DNA of 64,000 nt from Lama guanicoe (GCA_013239625.1 MU054212.1:9100898-9164897); one strand, 5' to 3'. Counted from the first letter of the stretch, positions 26,701-40,030 are shown. The notes: generated from the sequence alone by a model not told the origin. Translations and numbers: made by a program.

Positions 26701-27975
26701 CAAATCAAATTCAGCAATATGTGAAAAGAATAATGCACCATGGCCAATAGAGAATGCAAGGCTGGTTCAATATTTGAAATTCACTCTGTGTAATCTACTA
26801 CATTAACAGTCTGAAGAAAAACCACTTGATACTATCGGTTGATATAGAAAAATCATATGACAAAGTTCAGCATCCACTTATGATTAAAAAAACTAACAAA
26901 TTATACATTGAGTGGATCTTCTTCACCTTAATAAAGGGCACTGTACAAAATCTCATAGCTAACATCAAAAATAATGGTGAAAAACTGAGTGCTTTCCCCC
27001 TAATATTGAGAAAAGACAAAATTGTCCACTCTTTCTTTCCCAGTTGAATATTTATACTCAACCAATGAGATAAGGCAAGGGGGAATAAAAAGTGAGGGGA
27101 ATACTGGTTGGGAAGGAAGAAATAAAATTATTCTAGGTCACAGACAGCATTGTTGTCTATGTAGGAAACCTCAGGGAATCTTCAAAAACATAACCTAAAA
27201 AACTCTTAAAATTGATAAGTTTAACAAAGTTACAGGATTCAGAGTCAAAACAAACAAAAAAGTTTTTATTTCTATATGCTGGTAATAAACAGTTGGAAAT
27301 GGAGAAGTTTTAAAAATATTTCCAGTAGCCCTCAAAACATGAAGTGCTTATACATTTAACAAAAAGCCATATACAGAATCTTTAGTTAAAAACTACCCAA
27401 CGCTGATGAAAATAGAGAAGATGTGAATTATGACATAATAGGTTCATAGATACAAGACTGAATGTAATAAATTCTCCAGAATTTACCTATAGATTTAATA
27501 CATTTCCCATAATACTTCCAAAAAGATGTTTTTTGAAGGTTTAGACAAACTGTTTCTAAAATTCCCATGAAAAGGCTAAAGGACAAGAATAGCCAAAACA
27601 ATTTTGAAAAAGAAGAATGAAATTGTAGGAATCATACCACCTGATTTTAAGACTTCTAATGAAGCTGTGGTAATCAAGATAGTGTGGTATTGGCAAAGGG
27701 ATGGATGGATGGATCGATGGAACAGAATAGAGAATCCAGAAATAGACCCACACGAACATCGCCAATTAATTTTTGGCAGATTTGCAAAAACAATTACATA
27801 AAGGCAGGATAGTCTCTTCAAAAAACTGTATTAGGTCAGTTACACAACTATGTGGGGAAAACATCCATCTAAACCTCACAATGTATCCAAAAATTACCTC
27901 AAAATGGAGCGTATATCTTAATATAAAAATCAATCCTAAAAATGTTGAGAAAAAAATATTCGTGACTTTGGGCTG
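23730..27975 (+). mobile_element. Old sense L1 (L1M4/MC-like): 5' region plus most of ORF2, degenerate, 3' end missing
   Basis: ORF track peptides MILSVDIEKSYDKVQHPLMIK (RT region) and PDFKTSNEAVVIKIVWYWQRD...WNRIENPEIDPH are L1 ORF2 motifs. EN-like start near 25000. Many stops and frameshifts. Confidence 0.88.
25237..25376 (+). mobile_element. tRNA-derived SINE (camelid vic-1-like) inserted in L1 ORF2
   Basis: A box agctcagtggtaga, B box gggttcaatct, GA-rich spacer and cctaattccccc tail. 14-bp TSD aaatagcaagggat (25223-25236) / aaatagcaaggaat (25377-25390). Confidence 0.9.
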
Positions 27976-28074
27976 GGCAGAGGGCTCGCTCCCCAACTTC
28001 GTGTCTTGCGGAGTCTTTCGTTGTGTATTTCTGTCCAGGAGATAACTGATGTGCGACTTCAGTGACGTGGCTGA

Positions 28075-28220
28075 CATGACTAACGTTTACTGAGCACTTA
28101 CTTTAAGCAAGGCAATGCTCTGGCTCAATCCCTACAGCACCCCTGCAAAGTAGATACTGCGGTGTTACTGTCTCATTTTTGGGTGAGGAAACTGAAGCAT
28201 GGAAAATTAATTAAAATGCC
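28075..28220 (-). mobile_element. MIR SINE
   Basis: taacgtttactgagcacttact...catttttgggtgaggaaactgaagc. Confidence 0.75.
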
Positions 28221-29704
28221 TGGAGTAAATTTTATGGGCAGCATGACAATAAATGCCGTGATCTCTTTTTAGACCTGTGCAGTTGTTACCCACCTCTCTG
28301 TTTGGACATTCTGACCCTCTGCATCCTTCTTGAAAATGGAAATCACTGATTTTCATGGATTCTGTGACCCAAGCCATCTACCTTTTTTATTTTTATTTAT
28401 TTATTTTTTAAATCTGTGTGAGTTTTATTCTCAGGCCCTCACTTACATGGTTGTTGTGTTTTTTTTTTTTTTTTTTTTTTTTTTATTTGCTGTTGATACC
28501 AGTGCAATGTAACCCACTTAAATCTATTTAGCGCCATCTTGTGTCTGCAGTGGGTTTTACAGGAAGGACTGCTTTTAAGCTTTAGGGCTAGGGTACAAAA
28601 ATATCTAGTCGGCAAGTGTTTGATCACCAAAATATTATGACAAACAGGTGTGATCAGAAAGTTGAATTCCACTCGATGTAGACTTTCTGGTGACTTTCCT
28701 GCTCCAAAGTGAGAAGTTAGTAGAACCTTGGAGGGAAACAGATCATAGAAGGAAAACGTATAGACATTCTTACTTTTTTGTAGCAGTGCCCTGGCTGGCT
28801 GGGCTTTTCTGCAGTACCAGAGGCCCTCAGCCATTAGGGAGGAGACTTCATTCCCGGCTTTTCAGCCTTGTGGGAAGGGTCCCCCAGAGGGATGTGCCTT
28901 CCAGAGGCTGAACAGTCTGCGTTGTCTCCCTTGTGCCATTAGGCTGTTTTGGAAGATGCTGAAGTCCACCTTGGATTTGCTTGTTCGGCAGTGGGACTTG
29001 AATGGGAAAAAGACTATGGTACAAGCTTCCCTTCCTTGGAGATTTGCCAGTTTGTTTTGGAAGGGAGAGGAAGAAAGAAAAAGGGAAAGGGAAAAACGGG
29101 GCAGGATGTGCTGAATTCTCAGATCTCTTCCATGAAGTGGGGGCCGTATCTTTCTGAAGGAGGGAGAGGTGAGCTGAGAGGAATGGGCTAGTGAAAAATT
29201 CCTAAAACCCAAGAAAAGCAGCTAATACTTTACATTATACAGTCTTATTTGGTTCCTTTTCGTGTATTTGTTTACTTTCCTAATATAGAAGTAATCGATG
29301 CTCATAGTGAAAAACTGGGAAAACAGAAAAAAAGCAGAAAAAAAATACATGCAAAAAACATACATCTAATCATAACGCCTAATATATCATGGGTTATCCT
29401 TTCTGACTATGCTTGAAGGTTTTAGTGTTTTATTGAATTATATAATGTTTATAATTTTCTACTTTTTAACTATTTTGTCAGTTACATTTTACAGGTTAGG
29501 ACATAGGTAAATGTCTGTGTATGCTGAGTTATAGAACTGATACATATTTAAATTTTGGTTGCTACTGTGATATTATGGATGATACCTCAGTGACTGTCTT
29601 TGATTCATCCCTGTTTTTCCCTTTAACTTAGGGTTATTTCCTTAGGAGCGATCCCTGAAATCACAATGGCTGGGGAAGAGCTTAGAGAGGACTTCCGGGC
29701 TCTG

Positions 29705-29930
29705 AGCATAGACACACAGGAGCCTGAGCGTCCTGGCTGGAGGTGGACCCCGCCCCTTGGTAGTGATGGGGCTTAGGGGCACGTTCTTTTACTTTCCACA
29801 GCCTCACTTTTTTCTTCTGTCGTATAGGGGTGGGTATTACTACCCACCGCACAGCAAAGCTCTGTATTAATCACACGTATAAAGTCCACGTCAGAGCTTG
29901 AGACACTATAGGTACTAAATGGTAACTATT
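29705..29930 (+). mobile_element. MIR SINE (degenerate)
   Basis: gcctcactttttttcttctgtcgtataggg...tactacccaccgcacag...gtataaagt...taggtactaaatgg. Confidence 0.55.
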
Positions 29931-30099
29931 TTAAAAACTATTACAGCACAAAATAGCCTTATTATAGGACTTGTGCCAATTTTGCCCTGCTGCCAGTAGT
30001 GTATGAAGTTACTTTTTTAACCTCTCCAGCAACTGGTACCTAATCATTTCTTTTAAAAATATTTTTGATAATTTAAATTATTATTATTATTATTATTAA

Positions 30100-30238
30100 A
30101 ATTTTTTTTTCTGGGGGAGGAGGTAATTAGGTTTATTTATTTGTTTGTTTGTTAGTTTTTAATGGAGGGACTGGGGATTGAACCCAGGACCTCGTGCATG
30201 CTAAGCACACGCTCTACCACTGAGCTATGCCCTCCCCC
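30100..30238 (-). mobile_element. tRNA-derived SINE (vic-1-like), antisense
   Basis: Reverse complement reads gggggagggcatagctcagtggtagagcgtgtgcttagcatgcacgaggtcctgggttcaatccccag, then aaacctaattacctcctccccc and an A tail. Confidence 0.92.
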
Positions 30239-31985
30239 TCATTATGGTTTTAATTTGTATTTTTTCTATTATAGTGAGAATGAGTAACTTTGTTATAAAC
30301 CAGCTTGTCGTCTCTTTTATGAAATGCTTTTGGCTTTTTTCTGTTGGCATATAGTATTTTCTTATCAATTTGTATGAATTGTTTATACAATGAGTCATTC
30401 AAACTATTATATTTGCTGTCGTATGTCCGTTTATCTAGTATTATATTTTTATTTCCAACTTTGACTTTGTATGTTACACCCATATTTCTCATTAAGATGA
30501 GAAAGTGGTTATAATTGTGATCTCTTCATTATAAATTCTGTAGATGCATTTTTATTGAGTCGAGTATTTATTGCAAATAATGACAATATTATGTATTCAG
30601 TTCTAGTGATCCTACAGCTCGTTATTTTTCATGTCTTATTAAATTTGCTTGAAACTCTGTAGCATGGTGTTAAATAATCATGGGATTAGTGGCCATTATT
30701 TTAAAATTATTTATGATTTTAATAGGACCTCCAGTGTTTCACCACTAGATAGAATATGAATCTGTTGTTTCCAAAAATATACTGTTTATTGTGTCAAGCA
30801 CATGTTCAATTAATTTTTAAATTTTGAGCTTTTACATATTTAGGAGCATAATTTTTCTTGTGATTTGTTATTTGATCTGTCGGATAGGATAATAATGGAT
30901 TTTTTAACATGACACATACGTTTGGGTGCTTGGAAATAGTCGATACCTACTATTTTGTGTTTTGCTCTTTTTAATCAACACCATTTCATCTGGACTGTTT
31001 CCTATGACCTCCATACAGAGTTGTGTGGGGGAGTGTATAAAACATAAAAGGATATAAGAAAGTATATCAACAGATTAAGAATGATTCTTTAAATTATGAG
31101 ACTATGAATTATTTTCACTTCGTACCTCTTACTTTGAGTTTTCTAAAATGAGATATCCTACCATTACCAGGAAAAAAAGGTCTTGCCTAAAAAGGTCAAT
31201 TCCATGCCAATGAATTATGGCTGAAATAAGATTTAGGAAGCTAGACATGATTCAAGGAAGACTATTTATTTAGAGTATGTGACTTGTGTGTGTTCATTAT
31301 CTAGAATCCAAATTATTTTGATAGTAAGGGTACTGAAAAAATGGATAGAGTTAATATTTGTTTTTAAAAAGTGGTAACATGGCTCGTATTTTCTTTTTGG
31401 TGAATAATGACCGTATTTGGTGACTGTATTTTCCTTAAAATTTAGGACTTGGTGTCAACAATTTTTTTTTCCTGATTTCTGACATTTTAAGACCTGAAAA
31501 ATCTTTAAAAAGGATCACAGATATTACTTAAATACATATTTATTCCTTATATTAAGGATTCAGATTGTATTAGCTTAGCAGCTGGGGCTTGTCTGACTGC
31601 AGGCTAGGGTACTAGCCAGGTTGCTTTTAGAAACTTCATGCATTCTTTTGGCCCCATATCTCTGCCCTGTCTGGAACTACACACAGATACAGAAACGTAA
31701 AAACATGCATTTATACATTGAAGCACAGAGAAACAGCAATCACTGGATTTCGTGCCTTAATTGCATCTTCCAGAGGCCAGGCATAGCCCCTGTTTCTTCT
31801 GGTGTGGTCAGCACTTTCCCAGATGAGATTCTGCTAATTTCAGAGCTCCGACATTCTCTTTAGAGGAGATTCTTAACACACAGTGCCCTTAAAGTATGAA
31901 AATCTCACTTGACATTATGAGCACTGGAGATGATATTTACATATAAAACCATAATGTCGTCTTCTTTTTCTCTTCCCTCCTGTAG

Positions 31986-32080
31986 CTTTGGGCCAGATTA
32001 TGTTGTATGTGGATGGGATGAATGGAGTAATAAACCACAATGAAACCATTCAGTGGCTGTACACGCTCATCGGGTCAAAG
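31986..32080 (+). CDS. FHOD3: FHOD3 internal coding exon (95 nt; probably human exon 6 equivalent): (A)[31 protein letters not shown]
   Basis: Polypyrimidine tract ending cctgtag, then the exon, then gtaaga. The translation is recognisable FHOD GBD/FH3 sequence. It starts in phase 1, ends in phase 0 and joins the 49050 exon in frame. Confidence 0.96.
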
Positions 32081-33309
32081 GTAAGAGAAGGTTACGGTTG
32101 AACATTTCATTCAGTTTGCATGTCATACACCCCTCTCTTTGTCACCCTCTCTGAGATGGTTTTGCAAAAGTTCTGTTCAGCTTTATTCCAGCCCTGTCAC
32201 AGAATAAACTTGGACTACTATTTTATAGAGTAAAAAAAAAACACTCAAATTGCAAAGAGCTTATGAATTTTTAATACATTTAAATTTTTTTCTTTGAAGC
32301 TTTAATCAAAGGCTTTGGGCACCTCTGGTTTTTAATGTTTAATTAAAACATTATGCCATGGATGGATTATTCATCTTACCTGCTGTATTTCATGTTCAAC
32401 GTGTTCAGTTACTTAACTATATATTTATATGTTGTACATTTGTATATGCATAGTCCTCTATATAGAGGAAAGAATTTGAGGCTGCCTTTCAACTCTACTG
32501 TCGATTGATCAACATTTATTAAAAATGTACCCCGGCACCAGGCACCATAGTCGGTGCTTTTCAAGCATTATCGCCTTTAATCCACATGGAAATAACGCTT
32601 GGTTATGAGAATCTATCTAATTTCCCCCTAGATCTTTCCCCCATGCCTTGGCTGTGAGTCCCCGCACTCTGGGGGTGCTGTCCCAATGAGGAAGATCCGC
32701 CCTGCCACTCGGTGTCATAGAGGCGGGTGCTGAAGCTGAGTGAGGCTCTGGCGTGGTCTTCTCTGGTTTCTCGGGTGGGGCCGCGGGGGACCTGGCTGGA
32801 GGAGGGATTTGGAAGAAGCAAGAAGGGATCCTGGGAGCAGGTGCAAAGGAACCCAGGCTGGAGTGTGGTCAGCTTCTGGGGTGAGAGTGGGGTGTGGCAT
32901 TGCAGCGACTGCAGTGGGCAACAGGGTCGGGCAGGGAGGGCAGCGAGGGCTTGGGTGGGGAATTTCAACCTGACTTAAGCAGGTCACAGAATCAACATAG
33001 CTCCCTGGGAGTCCCTGCAGAACACGTGGTCATCCCAGGCTCTCCCTATTCCTGTGGTCACTGCCACCCACACTTAATGGCGGGCCTGCCACGGCTGGCA
33101 GGTACCAGGGTGAGTCACATCCCCTGGCCTTGCCTCTCGCGTTTCCTGCCTCCCGAGGACTCTGCTGTATTTCAGGAGCGCTCAGCCTTGATCTGGCTTT
33201 GCTATGAGAAGAGATCTAGTTGAGGCTGTGTCTTCCTTCCACGTTTCCCAGAGTCCTAGTGATTGTGCCTGTGTGGGTCCAGGGTCCGTGTGTGGGTGGG
33301 AGGGTCTCT

Positions 33310-33345
33310 TCCCTGTAGATGGCGCTTGTCCCTGTAGATGGCGCT
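33310..33345 (+). promoter_or_regulatory. Tandem pair of CTCF-like motifs
   Basis: tccctgtagatggcgct occurs twice with period 19. CCTGTAGATGGCGCT matches CCASYAGRKGGCRSY at 14/15 positions. Confidence 0.55.
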
Positions 33346-36300
33346 GGAGTGCGGTGCCCACTGGGTCCCTGGTCCTTGCTTGACCCTTGCGTCTTCCTCT
33401 CAGTTTTCTTCTTCCCAGTATTAGTGATAGTAGAGCCCCCCCGCCCCACCCCCATTTTATAATAGAAATGGCCATGGTTTCTCTTAGGAGACTGGAAATC
33501 TTTTCTTTTTCTCCTTTTTTTTTTTTTTTTAAACTTTGGCTTTGTTTTCAATGAGGAACGGATATGACTCTAATTTACAAACTGCTGTAGGTGACCTTAC
33601 AGGCTGAGGGCTTATTCGGTGGATTTAGCCAGGCTGAGGGAGCATTCCTATCTCAGATCCTGTTTCAGTGTTTTCAGTTTTTCCCTTCCTTCCGCTGGGA
33701 ACCTTCCCTAACCTTCATGTTCATTTGGAAGCTGCTCGCTCCCCCCGGGCTCTCGGCATAGTCTCACACACCCCCAAAACAGGGAGACGGGAGATTTTGC
33801 AATAAAAATGGACTCTATTATGGCCATGATAAAATACTCACAACCAGCCGTATTTCCAAAAGAAAATAAATCCTAGCAGCTCTGCTTAATGATGGGGCCA
33901 GTGGCCACCTTTCAGCTCATCACTGGAAGGGGGTAGGAGGAGGGCAAGATCCGGGTGGTGGTGGGAGGGAAGGGGAGACAGGAGAGGCGCCAAGAAGAGG
34001 AGGACGGGAATGGTGAAAGGAGAGACCGCGGGCTAGGAGGGAAAAGAGGAAATGAGAGAAGGAAAGTGGGCCCAACAGGAATGCATCTGTCTGATCAGTA
34101 GATGGGAGGAAGGCTCGGAGTCCTCAGTGCTGTGACAGCATCCTGTCTACTTCTCTTGGGAGTCATTCTGCAAGGAAAATGAGCACCAGGAGAGGAGCAC
34201 ACAGGGACTCCTTGTTGCACTGCTGAATAACAGGGAGAAACCATCAAGTCAAAAGCCCTCAAAAATGAGTCTGTAGAGGTTATGCCCCCCTCTCCTTTCC
34301 CTGTGTAGCCCATGTAGTGTTTGGGACCCTGGGTCCCTCTCCTGGGTGGCCTTTGTCTGAGGTGGGGCGGGATGTTGGCCTCCTGTCTAGCCACTTGGGG
34401 CATCCGCCCTGGGTCAGTGCTGGTTCCTTTCTCCATCACTGAATTTCCCACAAGAAAGTCCATTAGAGTCTTCAGCTCCTGTGTTCAACACGGGGCCAGT
34501 TACTCTGAGGACAAGAAAATAGAGCCAAGGGTCAGCCTAAGCCTGGTGTTAGACAGAGGACCACGGGTGACACTTGCAGCCCATGTCCACTCACTGTGAT
34601 GTCACATAAAGGTCTCGCTGACCCTGCAGGGGGTGCTGGCTCCAGGCCTGTGGCCGAAAGTCAACAGTGGCTGCAGCCCCCAAGTTTATCTTCAGTGTAG
34701 TTCTTATGAGATCACTTGTTCACAAAACCAATATGGTGGCCCCAGCCCTCCCTGTCACCCCGTGACGGGAAGGACAGTGAGGAATCTGCAAGGAAGAATG
34801 GACGCACCAACATGAAACCCTTAGCTGTTGAGAAGGAATCCTCGGTCCCCTCCCTCTACACACAGATGCAGCGATACGGCCACAGACGTTTCCCAAGTTC
34901 AAATTAAGAATTCAGGAAAGCCAGGGGACCTGGCGTTTTTTTGTTTTTTTTGTTTTTGTTTTTTTTTGACTGAGAGATTTCTCAGAACCTAAAGAGCAGA
35001 ACCTGGAGATCCTGCTGTTTTTGCCTTAAACAGGCTCGGAGTTGATTATGGAATCCTGAGTTAGAGAAACCTTGTCATTCTGTTCTCATAATTCTTCATT
35101 TCCCTTCCATGAAAGGCAACACGGTGTGGTTTTTGCAGCGTGCCAGTGGGTCATTGTGCAATATTTGCAGATATTTGAGACTCATCGCCAGGGGAGAAAG
35201 TGATGCATCTGCAGCCAAGTCATTACTTTTTAAAAGAAAGAAAAAAGTGTTTTCAATAACATGTTTCATTCTATTTTCAAAAATCCATCTTTTAACTTCC
35301 CAGCCGGAGGCAAGAAGCCAATGCTCATCCCATAACTTTTGACACAGTATGTTTTTTTCCTCTTCACATCTACAAGTCTGATTAATTGGGGTAAGGTACT
35401 CCGCTTGTACAGCATAGCCTTTCGTCACCGCAACATGGAGAGTCTGTCTGTCTGTATCTGTATGGATCCCCTCTAGCCATGGGTGAGGACCTAGGGATCT
35501 TCCACCTCCTGTGGGTTCTCCAGGGACACCCCTGATGTGGCCATGAAATCGGCCGTCTCTGTGATGCCGTCTCGGTATTTTTCCGCCAGCCCCATCGAAG
35601 CTGGTTCTTCCAGCTGTGCTCCAGCTGCTGACCGCCGATCTCCAGACTTCCCCTGTACTGTGTGAGGGTGGCTGCGATGCCTGTGCGCCTCGACTCCCAG
35701 GTGGCCCGGCTACTGAGTCTGAATCGAGGGGAGCCCTGGCCACAGCCCCCCGTCACACACATCCCCTCTCTTACACATGTTGGGGAGCTCCCCCTTCTCA
35801 CGCACGCACGCGCACACACACGATAGGGACACTGCTCAGAGTTTTTTGTTAGGACAGTAAGATGATGGAAAGTAACATGTAGGATGGAGTTGGCGTCAGG
35901 GCGAAATTGACAGGGCTGGGAAGCCCGGGGCCAGCCCGGCATCAAAGCTCTGAGGTGATGAGGCCCGGCTAAGAACTGCAGCGGAAACAGTGTGATGAAC
36001 ATGTGCAGACATATTTGAGGAACAGCTTCCTAGGACTGGGTTTTTGCATGTAGAAAAAAATCAGAAATCATGGCTAGGGTCTTGGTTTTGAATCTGGACA
36101 GCTGTGAATCCGGCATTGTTTCTGGCAGGAGTAGAAAAGTTGGAAATTGGGTTTCGTTAGCAGGAAAGCTTTGACATGGAGGTTCTGAGATGCAAGTGGC
36201 GACCCATGGGAGAGCTGAGCAGGTGCATCCGTGGGCCAGGAAGTGCTGCCCGGTCATGGAGGAGGGGAGGTTCGGTGAGCCCTTTGGTCTTGGTCACTGG

Positions 36301-36384
36301 CGTGTCACTGCTGTGCGATCCACTCATGACCCCCTTGTAGGTGAGATCTGAGGTGCTTCTTCATTTTTAATTTTTTGGGGGGTA

Positions 36385-36770
36385 ATTAAACTTTTTATTT
36401 TTAGATAATTGTAGATTGACATATAATTGTTCGAATTAAGCCATAGGGATCCTGTGTGATCTTTATCCAGTTTTCTCCAAAAGTAGCATCTTGCAGTATT
36501 GCGCTGCTGTATCACAAACCAGGATATTGAGATTTTGGTGCAGTCAAGAGACAGAATATATCCATCACCAAGAGGACCCCTAGTATCACCTCCCTCCTGT
36601 TCCCAACCCTGCCCAAATCCCTGGCAACCTTTAATCTGTTCTTCATCTTTATACCTTGGTGATTTCAAGAGTGTTATAAAAATGGTAGTCTACACAGCAT
36701 GTAACCTTTTGGAGTTGGCTTTTTTATTCCCACTCAGCATAATTATCTGGAAATTAACTGAAGTGCTTGT
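36385..36770 (-). mobile_element. L1MC-like 3' end
   Basis: actttttattttagataattgtagattgacat...tatcacaaaccaggatattga...cagtcaagagacagaatatatccatcacc...atccctggcaacctttaatctgttct. Confidence 0.8.
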
Positions 36771-37654
36771 TGAGTTACATAATGTAAAATAGAATCCTCA
36801 CCTCGAAGAGTTGGCAAAGCCTTGCTCAAGACGCTCCTGACATTCACCAGCCACATTCCTGATGCCTGTGGAGGCAGAGCAGGTGCCATTCCCTCCGACA
36901 GCCACTGTTGAACACTGGTGGGTCCTTTTTGGGACCCACCTGCACCTCTCTGTCATTAACCAAACGCTGTGCACACACTCGCTTCCCTCTGGAAGCTCTT
37001 TGAGTATTTAAAGGCAGTCACCACGTCATCCTGTCCAAGCTAAACTCGATGGTTTCCACAGGTAGTCCTTGGGGACATGATTCGCAATTCCCCGTCACAC
37101 AGGTTACTGATTTTTCTGTCCATCCAGTACAAAGAATAGTAACACAGCAGGCTCCTGTGATACAATATCACTCCTCCACAAATCCTCCCTCAGAGAGTTT
37201 AGCAGCATCTCTGGGTGCTGGCTCAAATCAAAATGATAATTCACTAAACCTCCTAGCGTGTTTTTGTTTTTTTCTGTTTTGTTTTGTTTTACTCATCCAC
37301 GTTTGCCAGTTTCTTCCATTCTCCATCTCTGTGGTTGATTTTTCACACCTAAATGAAGGACTTTGTATTTTTCCCCATTGACTTCAGGCCAGAGTTCCAG
37401 CTTCAAGATAGTTTTGACTTGCTTCGGCCGTTGATCTTGTTAACTCTTAATCCTAGTTTTATTTAACGTAAATTTAATAAGCAGAGCTTCTGTGTCATTG
37501 ACTAAAATGTTGACAGAGGCAAGGAATGTGTGAGCCAGTGCAGCCTGCAGGTCAGTGTGTTGGGGCCATTTTAGTGAAGTTACTGATGAGACACCAAACT
37601 CATTCAACCTTTCGTCGCATTAACAAAGGAAGCTGCATCTGGTGGTCAGGGTGA

Positions 37655-37810
37655 AAATTTAGGGCCAGGCACATCTCTGTGATCCTTCGGGTGGATTATT
37701 TCTATTCCATAAAGTGGAGCTAATAATCTATAAGATGGGATAACAGTAAAGGATATATAAAACCCTGAGCATTGTACCTGCACCTGAGTGCTCAGAACTG
37801 TGAGCTAACA
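37655..37810 (+). mobile_element. MIR SINE (degenerate)
   Basis: ctataagatgggataacagtaaaggatatataaaaccctgagcattgtacctgcac...gtgctcagaactgtgagcta. Confidence 0.55.
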
Positions 37811-38539
37811 ACTCTTTCCTGCTAGTCCGCCTACCTCCCACCTCCTGATGAAAAAGGGAGATGCGCTCAGCTTGCCAGGGCCTGCTCACCTGGAAACTGC
37901 TGGTCTTAGATGCTTCCGTCTCTCTTCTAAGTGCTCAAGAGACATTCGTCCAAAAATCCTCTGGAGCATATAAGCCAGGATCAGTAGTGGGTTTAGAAAA
38001 ATGTAGGATATAATTTTTCTTCATCCTTACTCCTTTACCAGAAATTGAGGCAGTGAACTGTTTATAGGTTTTTGGCAACTCTTCTGTTCTCTCCCTGCTG
38101 TTTTAAGGATTGCCAGTCCTAACTTTGCGTTGTGTGAGGTGCCTGCATTATAACTTCTCAGAGCATCAAATATTATGTTTAGTAATTCTTAATGGTATCA
38201 TGAAGGATTCCTTTGATTAACATGTTCAAATGTAAAAAAATGAAATAGTGAACGTCTTGATACGAGTGATTATCTGAACTCCTGCTCTTTTTCTAAAGAA
38301 GCATCATTTGTACTGTTGTTGGAGGTGCATAATTTCCCAAGGTTTTTAATCTATGCATCTCTGGATCCTCACGTTAGAAAACAGAGGTTGGATGTCTTCA
38401 TTAAAATCATTTTACCTTCAATAGAATACTCATTAAGATGGCCTTACATCTGGCTTCTATCCAGGAAAGGAATGCTTTAGGCTTTAAAAATGTTTCCAGG
38501 GACTGACATAAAAAATATGTCTTGCAAGGGTAAAAGGTT

Positions 38540-40030
38540 TATTCACTCTTTTTTCTTCTGGGTTCATTTTGGGCAGCTTCTGTTGACTTATCAAGGTAAT
38601 TGGTTCTGTGCTCACTGTGTTGAGTCCTCCTGATGAACTTCTTCACCTCTTACAATGCTTTTTATTTCTAGCATTTCTGCTTGACTCATCTCTATAGTTT
38701 TCCTCTGCTGAAATTTCTCATCTGTTCATGCATGTTGTTCACCATTTCCACTAGAGTCTTTAACATATTAATCATTGGGAATTTTGTAGTTCAATGTCAA
38801 GTCAAATCTCGTCTAGTTTTGTTGATTGTTTTATTTCTTAACAGCGGGGGTGAAGATTTGGGGCCTTCTTGCTTTTTTTTGGTACATCTTGTAATTTTGG
38901 GTTGAAGGCTTGCTATCACGTATAGAACAGAACAGAGGCAGGTAGTGTTTATGCCTCTAAATGGGCACGTCTCTACCGCTAGGCTGTTGCGGTGGAGAGG
39001 TTGTCAGTGTGGGCATGGGGGCAGGCTTGGGGTTTTACTGTTGCTATGGTTATCTTCTTCCACGCACCACCAGTTTCCATGTTCCTTAAAGCAGTGTCTT
39101 ATGCTTGAGGTGAGGGCTGGTTTGCCAGAGGGTTTTTCTCAGTGTTCGTCTTTCACTGTCAGCTTTAGAGCTTTCCTACGTGTCTGGGTCTCAGAGGGGA
39201 TCTCTCTCTCTCCATGCTCCTGCCCCTCCCCTAGTGGAAACCTGCTGTGGGTTGGTGCTTAGTGGACTGGACTTTCTCCATCATCCTTGCCCCACATTGA
39301 TCTTCAGCAGGGTCAGTGTGCCTGGGCCTTTGGTGGGGCTCCCTCAGTGATGCCACACCTCCCTCCGCAGGAGGACACCTCTAAGGGTCTGGCTCAGGAT
39401 GGTTTCCTGTCCCTTCTCCAGCAGCGCAGGCTTATTCTTTTCCTTTCTACACCGCCTGTGCAGCAGGGGCCACAAGATTTGCTGCCCTTCCCTCAGAGAG
39501 GAGAAGGCTCTGGGTGTGGCTTCCTGCCTGTCCAGGTGGCGTGGTGGCTGCTCCCCTCCTCCAGTGAGGTGGTTGCTGTCACTCTGGTTACCTGGCTGTG
39601 CAGCCCCCAGACCTGCACCCTGGGGAGTCTTACATCTCTGTCCCTGCCTGGGTCTTCCTCATGGTGCCACGGAGGTCATGGGACAGCACCTGTGAGGGCT
39701 GCCGCATCCCACCTTCCTTTGCATCTGTAGTTCCCAGGGGTTCCAGACACTTATGATGATCCATGCTTGGCCGTTAGCAATTTGTTAAAACCGTGATCTA
39801 AGTTTTACTTACTGCCTGGTATGGTGGCCCCATCTTTCTTCCCTCCTCTGCCTCAGATGGGCCACTGCCGTGTTCCATCTTTTCTTGGCAGAAGGGAAGT
39901 CCCTTTTTAGAGTTCAGGCTACTTGGTTACCCTGAAGCCCCAGCTCTCTGATGGGCTCAAGGAAAGCTGATTTTAATGATAATGTGGCTTTTCTTATTGT
40001 TCGGTTTGGAGCCACACTTTTTGCAGCTTT
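38540..40030 (-). mobile_element. Old L1M 5'-region fragment
   Basis: ttttatttctagcatttctgcttgactc...ctctgctgaaatttctcatctgttcatgcatgttg...ccactagagtctttaacatattaatcat, typical of antisense old L1 5' ends. Confidence 0.6.

Noticed and set aside
23730..27975. Active reverse transcriptase / functional L1
   Set aside because: ORF2 is broken by many stops, frameshifts and a SINE. Most of ORF1 and the 3' end are missing.
8810..27975. Large inverted L1 pair forming long dsRNA
   Set aside because: Both copies are old, visibly diverged and more than 10 kb apart, so a stable duplex is unlikely.
1..31985. Additional FHOD3 exon or nested gene in the first 32 kb
   Set aside because: No segment translated to recognisable formin or other non-L1 protein sequence. 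Small or noncoding exons cannot be excluded by eye.
33310..33345. CRISPR-like direct repeats
   Set aside because: Only two copies with a 2-nt gap, eukaryotic context and no cas genes.
35096..36002. Longest ORFs in the track (215 aa and 206 aa, minus strand)
   Set aside because: No recognisable domain or exon structure; they fit chance ORFs in GC-richer intron sequence.
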